NCBI RefSeq assembly: GCF_004010195.1
Contig: NC_057719.1
Location: 67,149,065 to 67,213,064 of the forward strand
Direction: 5' to 3'
DNA: 64,000 nucleotides
Source of the DNA: Chiloscyllium plagiosum
Lineage: Eukaryota
Shown here: positions 54,466-64,000 of the stretch, one piece after another
Numbering within the stretch: position 1 is the first letter of the stretch
How the letters are laid out: every line of letters begins with the position of its first letter
Notes under the pieces: model-generated
What the model was told of the DNA's origin: nothing
The model's database searches: none
What the model saw: the letters and a program-made list of their open reading frames with translations, nothing else
Program-made: the position numbers and the translations under genes

Positions 54466-57400
54466 CACACAAACACAGTCTGCACCCCACCCTGGGGAGC
54501 AGCACCCGCACTATCCCGCCTCCTTTCTCCCCTTCCCTTCCCCCACCACCCACACAAACACAGTCTGCACCCCACCCTGGGGAGCAGCACCCGCACTATC
54601 CCGCCTCCTTTCTCCCCTTCCCTTCCCCCACCACCCACACAAACACAGTCTGCACCCCACCCTGGGGAGCAGCACCCGCACTATCCCGCCTCCTTTCTCC
54701 CCTTCCCTTCCCCCACCACCCACACAAACACAGTCTGCACCCCACCCTGGGGAGCAGCACCCGCACTATCCCGCCTCCTTTCTCCCCTTCCCTTCCCCCA
54801 CCACCCACACAAACACAGTCTGCACCCCACCCTGGGGAGCAGCACCCGCACTATCCCGCCTCCTTTCTCCCCTTCCCTTCCCCCACCACCCACACAAACA
54901 CAGTCTGCACCCCACCCTGGGGAGCAGCACCCGCACTATCCCGCCTCCTTTCTCCCCTTCCCTTCCCCCACCACCCACACAAACACAGTCTGCACCCCAC
55001 CCTGGGGAGCAGCACCCGCACTATCCCGCCTCCTTTCTCCCCTTCCCTTCCCCCACCACCCACACAAACACAGTCTGCACCCCACCCTGGGGAGCAGCAC
55101 CCGCACTATCCCGCCTCCTTTCTCCCCTTCCCTTCCCCCACCACCCACACAAACACAGTCTGCACCCCACCCTGGGGAGCAGCACCCGCACTATCCCGCC
55201 TCCTTTCTCCCCTTCCCTTCCCCCACCACCCACACAAACACAGTCTGCACCCCACCCTGGGGAGCAGCACCCGCACTATCCCGCCTCCTTTCTCCCCTTC
55301 CCTTCCCCCACCACCCACACAAACACAGTCTGCACCCCACCCTGGGGAGCAGCACCCGCACTATCCCGCCTCCTTTCTCCCCTTCCCTTCCCCCACCACC
55401 CACACAAACACAGTCTGCACCCCACCCTGGGGAGCAGCACCCGCACTATCCCGCCTCCTTTCTCCCCTTCCCTTCCCCCACCACCCACACAAACACAGTC
55501 TGCACCCCACCCTGGGGAGCAGCACCCGCACTATCCCGCCTCCTTTCTCCCCTTCCCTTCCCCCACCACCCACACAAACACAGTCTGCACCCCACCCTGG
55601 GGAGCAGCACCCGCACTATCCCGCCTCCTTTCTCCCCTTCCCTTCCCCCACCACCCACACAAACACAGTCTGCACCCCACCCTGGGGAGCAGCACCCGCA
55701 CTATCCCGCCTCCTTTCTCCCCTTCCCTTCCCCCACCACCCACACAAACACAGTCTGCACCCCACCCTGGGGAGCAGCACCCGCACTATCCCGCCTCCTT
55801 TCTCCCCTTCCCTTCCCCCACCACCCACACAAACACAGTCTGCACCCCACCCTGGGGAGCAGCACCCGCACTATCCCGCCTCCTTTCTCCCCTTCCCTTC
55901 CCCCACCACCCACACAAACACAGTCTGCACCCCACCCTGGGGAGCAGCACCCGCACTATCCCGCCTCCTTTCTCCCCTTCCCTTCCCCCACCACCCACAC
56001 AAACACAGTCTGCACCCCACCCTGGGGAGCAGCACCCGCACTATCCCGCCTCCTTTCTCCCCTTCCCTTCCCCCACCACCCACACAAACACAGTCTGCAC
56101 CCCACCCTGGGGAGCAGCACCCGCACTATCCCGCCTCCTTTCTCCCCTTCCCTTCCCCCACCACCCACACAAACACAGTCTGCACCCCACCCTGGGGAGC
56201 AGCACCCGCACTATCCCGCCTCCTTTCTCCCCTTCCCTTCCCCCACCACCCACACAAACACAGTCTGCACCCCACCCTGGGGAGCAGCACCCGCACTATC
56301 CCGCCTCCTTTCTCCCCTTCCCTTCCCCCACCACCCACACAAACACAGTCTGCACCCCACCCTGGGGAGCAGCACCCGCACTATCCCGCCTCCTTTCTCC
56401 CCTTCCCTTCCCCCACCACCCACACAAACACAGTCTGCACCCCACCCTGGGGAGCAGCACCCGCACTATCCCGCCTCCTTTCTCCCCTTCCCTTCCCCCA
56501 CCACCCACACAAACACAGTCTGCACCCCACCCTGGGGAGCAGCACCCGCACTATCCCGCCTCCTTTCTCCCCTTCCCTTCCCCCACCACCCACACAAACA
56601 CAGTCTGCACCCCACCCTGGGGAGCAGCACCCGCACTATCCCGCCTCCTTTCTCCCCTTCCCTTCCCCCACCACCCACACAAACACAGTCTGCACCCCAC
56701 CCTGGGGAGCAGCACCCGCACTATCCCGCCTCCTTTCTCCCCTTCCCTTCCCCCACCACCCACACAAACACAGTCTGCACCCCACCCTGGGGAGCAGCAC
56801 CCGCACTATCCCGCCTCCTTTCTCCCCTTCCCTTCCCCCACCACCCACACAAACACAGTCTGCACCCCACCCTGGGGAGCAGCACCCGCACTATCCCGCC
56901 TCCTTTCTCCCCTTCCCTTCCCCCACCACCCACACAAACACAGTCTGCACCCCACCCTGGGGAGCAGCACCCGCACTATCCCGCCTCCTTTCTCCCCTTC
57001 CCTTCCCCCACCACCCACACAAACACAGTCTGCACCCCACCCTGGGGAGCAGCACCCGCACTATCCCGCCTCCTTTCTCCCCTTCCCTTCCCCCACCACC
57101 CACACAAACACAGTCTGCACCCCACCCTGGGGAGCAGCACCCGCACTATCCCGCCTCCTTTCTCCCCTTCCCTTCCCCCACCACCCACACAAACACAGTC
57201 TGCACCCCACCCTGGGGAGCAGCACCCGCACTATCCCGCCTCCTTTCTCCCCTTCCCTTCCCCCACCACCCACACAAACACAGTCTGCACCCCACCCTGG
57301 GGAGCAGCACCCGCACTATCCCGCCTCCTTTCTCCCCTTCCCTTCCCCCACCACCCACACAAACACAGTCTGCACCCCACCCTGGGGAGCAGCACCCGCA

Positions 57401-58347
57401 CTATCCCGCCTCCTTTCTCCCCTTCCCTTCCCCCACCACCCACACAAACACAGTCTGCACCCCACCCTGGGGAGCAGCACCCGCACTATCCCGCCTCCTT
57501 TCTCCCCTTCCCTTCCCCCACCACCCACACAAACACAGTCTGCACCCCACCCTGGGGAGCAGCACCCGCACTATCCCGCCTCCTTTCTCCCCTTCCCTTC
57601 CCCCACCACCCACACAAACACAGTCTGCACCCCACCCTGGGGAGCAGCACCCGCACTATCCCGCCTCCTTTCTCCCCTTCCCTTCCCCCACCACCCACAC
57701 AAACACAGTCTGCACCCCACCCTGGGGAGCAGCACCCGCACTATCCCGCCTCCTTTCTCCCCTTCCCTTCCCCCACCACCCACACAAACACAGTCTGCAC
57801 CCCACCCTGGGGAGCAGCACCCGCACTATCCCGCCTCCTTTCTCCCCTTCCCTTCCCCCACCACCCACACAAACACAGTCTGCACCCCACCCTGGGGAGC
57901 AGCACCCGCACTATCCCGCCTCCTTTCTCCCCTTCCCTTCCCCCACCACCCACACAAACACAGTCTGCACCCCACCCTGGGGAGCAGCACCCGCACTATC
58001 CCGCCTCCTTTCTCCCCTTCCCTTCCCCCACCACCCACACAAACACAGTCTGCACCCCACCCTGGGGAGCAGCACCCGCACTATCCCGCCTCCTTTCTCC
58101 CCTTCCCTTCCCCCACCACCCACACAAACACAGTCTGCACCCCACCCTGGGGAGCAGCACCCGCACTATCCCGCCTCCTTTCTCCCCTTCCCTTCCCCCA
58201 CCACCCACACAAACACAGTCTGCACCCCACCCTGGGGAGCAGCACCCGCACTATCCCGCCTCCTTTCTCCCCTTCCCTTCCCCCACCACCCACACAAACA
58301 CAGTCTGCACCCCACCCTGGGGAGCAGCACCCGCACTATCCCGCCTC
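54466..58347. repeat. Tandem array, 85-bp unit, about 45.7 apparently identical copies
   Basis: Unit cacacaaacacagtctgcaccccaccctggggagcagcacccgcactatcccgcctcctttctccccttcccttcccccaccacc. The ORF track also repeats with an exact 85-nt period. Confidence 0.98.
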
Positions 58348-58377
58348 TGAGTCCCGGCGGGTAATTTTGTTTCTTAC

Positions 58378-58403
58378 TCGGTCGGGTTCACCTCCTCGCT
58401 CAT
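58378..58403 (-). CDS. SPRED1: SPRED1 coding exon 1 (MSEEVNPT + 2 nt)
   Basis: Minus strand reads gaaagATG AGC GAG GAG GTG AAC CCG ACC GA|GTAAG. It has a canonical donor, and its phase 2 end joins exon 2 in frame (GA+T = Asp). The MSEE start is typical of SPRED1, and it lies in a GC-rich island. Confidence 0.9.
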
Positions 58404-59200
58404 CTTTCAGCGGCTTCCGTTCATGGCCACGTTAATCCTCAGCGGCGGCAGCGGCGGCGGCGGTAGCAGCAGCAGCAACAACATCATCGTGATCATGTTG
58501 TGAGGGTGACTCCCGGGCGCTCGGCTGCTGCTGTCGGGACCCACATGGAAAAGGAAGAGGAAAAGGTGGGGGGAGAGGAAGGGGAAGGGAACGCGGGAGC
58601 TACAGCCACAAACACACACACACACACACACGCAGACAGAGATTAAAGCCTAGGCGGGGCGGGTGGGCGCTTAGCAACTACCTCCCCACCCCCCCGCCAC
58701 CCCCCCCTCTGGGGCTGCTGCCCCAGATCCTCTCTCTTACCCTCCCACCCAGCCAGCCCCCGGCTTCAGTGCCCCTTCCTCGGCCCCCTGGCCGTAGCTC
58801 CACTCCGGCTCCGGCTCTCCATCCCCGCTTTCACTCCATTTTTTTTCCCTTCACTCGACAGGAGGGGGGAGGGAGGGAGGAAGGAAGGAGAGGAGGAGGG
58901 GAGGAGAGGGGAGGGAAGGGAAGGGGGGAGGCGTGCAATCATCTGGGCGGAAGCAATGACCAACACACGCCAAGCTTGCCGAGTGGTGGTATCCCTCCAC
59001 TCATTTCCCCTCCCTCACTGCGGAACCGCCTCTGCACCCACCACCCCCGGGGACAGGCTCATTGATAAAACATACTGCTCTGCTGCTACACTCTGAGCAA
59101 AGACCGTCCCCTTCTTCCTCACGCCAGGCTGAATGGCGATGGGGAGCTTTTCTCTCTGTCTCTCCCTCGGGAGAACGCGCAGTGATCTATCTGCACATAC
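58404..59200 (-). promoter_or_regulatory. SPRED1 GC/CpG-rich 5'UTR and promoter region
   Basis: High GC/CpG directly upstream of the ATG. Contains (GCG)n/(CAG)n runs at 58440-58476, (CA)n at about 58612-58631, GC boxes near 58652-58669, a polypurine tract at 58861-58930 and an ETS-like GCGGAAG at about 58947. TSS not determinable. Confidence 0.75.
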
Positions 59201-60360
59201 ACACACACACACTGGAACTGAGTTCAATGTGACTGGGGTTGGATCGCATCAACTGTACACACGCACACAGAAAGAGAGAGAGAGCCCAGCAACTAGTGAA
59301 ACCAGGCAGCTGAGAGAAAAAAACAACAGATCCATATGTTAGTGGTTTCAAACAAAAACCAGCAACTTCACATCTTTCCTCTAATTTAATATCAAACAAC
59401 TCCCCACCCCATTCGCGTTTGCTTTTAACAATTTTTATTTTATGCAGATTACTTTGAAATCAGGCTGCAGGACTTTTGAAGAATTACTCTTTGATATAGC
59501 ATGGGGAGCTGAAATGTGTTTTGATTTCTAAACGTTATCTTAATCCAAAAGTGTGACGAGCGTTTTAAATCAAAGATACTTTGAGCGCTGGAGTAGCGGC
59601 AATGTTCAATTTCTTATATTTAATAAACGCATTTGTTTTGTTTTCATTGACAATACACATTCCAGCTCGCATTTTGCAATTTGCAGAAATATATTGTAAA
59701 TGCTGTAGTTGTTCAATGCATAGCAAACATATTCTAACAATTTAAAAATACTACGTGGAAGTGTTGAAATGACAGAATAATCTGACGCTAATGGGAAAAC
59801 AAACTTCTGAGCGTGGAAAGGAAAATAGCTACCTTTGAAATTTGAAACAGCGAATGATATTTTTTCATGAATGCTGTGCAGTAACGCCAATGTAGGATGT
59901 GGGCTCTCTCTTTTTGGCTCACTATACCATCAGTTCCTTGTCTAATGTGTTCCTTGGCCACCGAAACTGAGGGGATGTCATCAATTGTCATAGCCAGCAT
60001 GCATTTTCTCAAAATCAGTTCAGGAACGGTCTTGATTGAGGGCAGCAAATGGCCTGTCTGCCATTTTAGTTGCAAAACGGTAAGCATGAGAGGGTAGGAA
60101 AGAAAACACTGGGGAATATATGCCAAAAAAAATGCAGTTTTGCTTTGGAATTCGTGAATTATTTCACAAACTAATCAACAATGCGCACAATAAAAAGTTC
60201 TACAGAACTTCAATCAATAAACAGCAAAGTAATATTTATCATGTTTTTTTGCCTCTCCATCATTCAAGTTTATTTCTTCTATTGTTGTATCTTTCAGTGC
60301 ATTATTTGTGCATCAGTGTTCTTTTCACGTTTGTCACTGTTACAAGGTTGCAAACTAGGC

Positions 60361-60568
60361 GAATGTGAGGACTGCAGATGCTGAGGATTAGAGTCGAAAG
60401 TGCTACGCTACAAAAGCACAGCAGGTCATGCAGCATCCGAGGAGCAGGAGAATCAACGTTTTGGGCATAAGCCCCTCATCAGGAAATGAAGGGCTTATGC
60501 CCGAAACATTGATTCTCCTGCTCCTCGGATGCTGCCTGACCTGCTGTGCTTTTCCAGCACTACACTCG
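60361..60568. mobile_element. Short palindromic Penelope pLTR pair
   Basis: aaaagcacagcaggtca..gcatccgaggagcaggagaatcaa / ttgattctcctgctcctcggatgc..tgacctgctgtgctttt, centred on two hammerhead cores. Confidence 0.85.
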
Positions 60569-60588
60569 CGAAGGTAACAAACTGATCC

Positions 60589-60917
60589 GGGGCGGCACGC
60601 TGGCTCAGTGGTTAGCACTGCTGCCTCACAGAGAGCCGGGTTCAACTCCGCCCCCCGCCCCCCCCCCCCGCAACTTACTGTGTGGAGTTTGCACATTCTC
60701 CCTGTGTCTGCGTGGGTTTCCTCCGGGTGCTCCGGTTTTCTCCCACAGTCCAAAGATGTGCAGGTCAGGTGAATTGGCCATGCTAAATTGCCCATAGTGT
60801 TAGGTGCATTAGTCAGGGGTGAATGCAGGGGAATGGGCCTGGGTGGGTTGTTTTTCGGAGGGTGGTGTGGACTTGTTGGGCTGAAGGGCCTATTTCCACA
60901 CTGTGGGGAATCCAATC
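60589..60917 (+). mobile_element. HE1-type V-SINE
   Basis: ggcggcacgctggctcagtggttagcactgctgcctcac..tgtgtggagtttgcacattctccc..tttccacactgt. Confidence 0.9.
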
Positions 60918-61124
60918 ATAACAGGCTGTATATGGCATTTGCTTCATGAGTTCAAAAATAATCATAATTTCTCATATCAACTCAAGGTAACAATCTTAAA
61001 GTTGTATTTTCTTGACAATCATAAGTTAAATATATTTTTAGTGATTTTTATGCAGTTTTTTTTAGTTTAGCAACTTTAAACCAAAATGTGGGTTTTGCAG
61101 TTTGCTTCAGTTATACACGGCACT

Positions 61125-61595
61125 AGTGTGCTTACATCCGGATCATCTTATTTCAGTAAGTATGTAAGTATGTTGGAAGCATTTAAGAAAAGGTTTACCG
61201 GAATTATACCTGGAATGAGTACGTTGTCTTATGAGGAAAAGTCAGACAAGCTAGGCTTGCATCCAATGCATTTTAGTTGACTAAGATGTGACTTGACTGA
61301 AATGCATAAGATCCTGATGGGCCTTGGCAGGGTGGGTGGAGAGGATATGAGAATTGAGAAATAAGAGTCAATGTTTAAAAATAAGGGCTTGCCAGTTTAA
61401 AACAGAGATGAGGGTAAATGATTTCCCTCAGAAAGTCATTAGTCTTGGAATTTTCTTCCTGAAAATGCGGTGGAAGTAGAATCCTGAATGAATTTAAGGC
61501 AGAAGTGACTTGATCAGAGTGGGTAGGAATATGTCAGCCATGACCTTGATGAATGGTGAAGAAGGCTCCAGGAGCTAGATAGCATACTGCTGCTT
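61125..61595 (+). mobile_element. Old CR1 3' fragment
   Basis: LEAFKKRFTGIIPGMSTLSYEEKSDKLGL and tail cagccatgaccttgatgaatgg. Confidence 0.75.
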
Positions 61596-62197
61596 TGCGT
61601 TTGGACATTTGTATGTCCTGCTCATTGATTTACAGAATTTGAACATGTTTGAGAAGGGGAAGATGGATCTGTGATACACCGACGGGGACTTGGAGGTTCG
61701 ATTGCCGCTACCCAAATCAGTGCCATCTCTGGGGTGCAAAGTGATCAATGATCTTCTCTGTTCTGCTAGGATAACTGCCACATTCTTCTTCCAGCACCTC
61801 ACACTAACTCTATCTGTAGCACTGTGCACACTTCCCATCAAGACTTATATTATACCATTCTCACTATTACCCACAACACTTCTGCACTGCCCTCAGCTTC
61901 CTACACCACTAGCCTTACATGCACTTTGTGTGTAGTCTGTTTAGTCCTTCAGTACATCTTACAACCTTACCCTACATGTGTCAGCGCTAACAGTAATTCC
62001 ACTCATTGTAATCTCCCCTTATTCTCATTGCAAAAGAAGATAGCCCAAAATACATTAGAGAGGGAGAAGTTGAATAGTGGAGGTATACCCAACATTAGAC
62101 TCCTCACCCCTACAAGGAAAGAATTTTGGCTCTCACAACAGAAGACCAGGATCGTTTCTATGGGGTTGTTGAAACATCCATGTCCTGCCAAAAGACT

Positions 62198-62756
62198 CCA
62201 TAAAACCATAGACATAGGAGTGGAAGTAAGGCCATTCGGCCCATCAAGTCCACTCCGCCATTCAATCATGGCTGATGGGCATTTCAACTACACATACCCG
62301 CATTCTCCCTTTAATTCCTTGTGACATCAAGAATTTATCAATCTGTGCCTTGAAGACATTTAGTGTCCTGGCCTCCACTGCACTCTGCGGCAATGAATTC
62401 CACAGGCCCACCTCTCCCTGGCTGAAGAAATGTCTCCGCATTTCTGTTCTGAATTGACCCCCTCTAATTCTAAGGCTGTGTCCACGGGTCCTAGTCTCCT
62501 CGCCTAACGGAAACAATTTCCTAGCGTCCACCCTTTCCAAGCCATGTATTATCTTGTAAGTTTCTTTTTATATTCCAACCCTCTTGAGATAAATGACAAC
62601 ATTGCATTCACTTTCTTAATCACGGACTCACCCTGCATGTTTACCTTTAGAGAATCCTCGACTAGCACTCCCAGATCCCTTTGTACTTTGGCTTTATGAA
62701 TCTTCTCACCCTTTAGAAAGTAGTCCATGCTTGTATTCCTTTTTCCAAAGTGCAAG
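62198..62756 (-). mobile_element. CR1 3' fragment with internal deletion
   Basis: MHFGKRN..QRDLGVLVEDSLK and RVDARKLFPLGEETRTRGHSLRIRG..HFFSQ..LWNSLP. Confidence 0.88.
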
Positions 62757-63380
62757 AGTCAGTAGCTCTCTGCATGTCAGTGCCACTCTCCCATTAATGT
62801 GCTATCATTCTCAGTCATTGCATGTCACTTCCAAGCACTGACTGTGCTACTTTCTTTCTCTTTTGTCTTGCAGGTTCCATAAGCCTAATCTCAGTCTCAG
62901 CTCCATCAGAAGCTCCATCCCTGACATCTGTGGATGAGAGTCCAGAGGACTGAGATTCATAGAGATATACAGCACAGAAACAGACCCTTTTGTCCATGTT
63001 GACCAGATATCCGAAATTAAGTCCCCGTTGCCAGAACTTGGCCCATATCCCTCTAAATGCTTCCTATTCATATAGGAAATGCTGGAAAATGGGACTAGAT
63101 TAATTTACAAAATCTCGTCACCTTGAACGAGTTTGTCTCAATGTTTTGTTTCCATTCTGTGCATTTCTATAACTCTGTGGCTTTCATAGGACCAATAGAA
63201 ACCAGACACGTACTCAGGCCTATGTAAGACAGAGCCCTGAGGCACTAGCAATGAGGGACCAGATGCAAAAGTGGAGGGAGGGGTAGCCTCAAGGGTTGTT
63301 GGAGTGTTGTACGCGCATACATACCTACCCATTGGTTCCCAGCACCTAAGACATGGCAGCATAGGGAAAGGAAATCTTAA

Positions 63381-63602
63381 GGTGAAAGTGAGGACTGCAG
63401 ATGCTGGAGATTAGAGTCAAGATTAGAGTGGTGCTGGAAATGCACAGCAGATCAGGCAGCACCCGAGGAGCAGGAAAATCGACATTTTGGGCATGAGCCC
63501 TTCTTCAGGAATCATTCGGAAGGCCTCCTGCCCGAAAAGTTGATTTTCCTCTTCCTCGGATGTTGCCTGACCTGCTGTGCATTTCTAGTACCATTCTAAT
63601 TT
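63381..63602. mobile_element. Short palindromic Penelope pLTR pair
   Basis: gaaagtgaggactgcagatgctgg..gcacagcagatcaggcagca..tttgggcatgagcccttcttcagg / gcccgaaaagttga..tgcctgacctgctgtgc. Confidence 0.82.
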
Positions 63603-64000
63603 TGAAAGGAAACCTTAAGCCTGGTCTGTGAGTACCCTCTCCATGAGACAGGGTGGTGCCCGGAGGTACCCAGCGAGAGGAGGAACCATACACAGGTTGT
63701 TCTATCGTTTCTATTCAGGATAATATAGAAGTAGCACCCACTCTGCCTGCTTCCTCAGAACCACTTGAATTCTTGAATGTTCAAGCCAAGGATGGTTAAC
63801 TTACCTCTGGCAGCAAGATTTTCAGCTTGTCTGGCCCATCTAGAAGCAAGCACCCCTAATGTTGCTTAACAAAAGCTCCAGCGCTAATGGCCTTTAAATC
63901 CGAGCAGGCTCTTCCTCCCCAGCTGTGGAACCAGGGAGTGTATTTAGAGGGAGAGAATGAAGAAAACATATTAAGGGTAGTTGATGATATGGGTGAGAAA

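Noticed and set aside
54466..58347. CRISPR-like regular periodicity
   Set aside because: No variable spacers, no cas genes, and a vertebrate context.
54382..58435. 1322-aa and 1333-aa Pro/His-rich ORFs and dozens of 70-aa minus-strand ORFs
   Set aside because: By-products of a stop-free 85-bp tandem repeat whose unit is not a multiple of 3; intronic, with no domain similarity.

Overview
Vertebrate genomic DNA, almost certainly a shark (HE1/V-SINEs, abundant CR1 LINEs, Penelope-like elements; taxon is inferred). One protein-coding gene is visible: SPRED1 on the minus strand, with coding exons 1-3 (58378-58403, 34617-34791, 8720-8888) encoding the EVH1 domain. They are separated by introns of about 23.6 and 25.7 kb, and the remaining exons were not found (probably left of the window). 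The GC-rich promoter/5'UTR lies at about 58.4-59.2 kb and carries two chained uORFs. An apparently perfect 85-bp x ~45.7 tandem array starts 30 bp inside intron 1. The rest is mostly transposon debris. The most notable hidden signal is a dozen or more minimal hammerhead-ribozyme motifs (CUGANGA..GAAA, palindromic ACGU/AGCU stem III) from at least four Penelope-like families, mostly in inverted pairs. Two N-gaps are present (4990-5049, 26479-26954). Repeat boundaries are approximate, read by eye.
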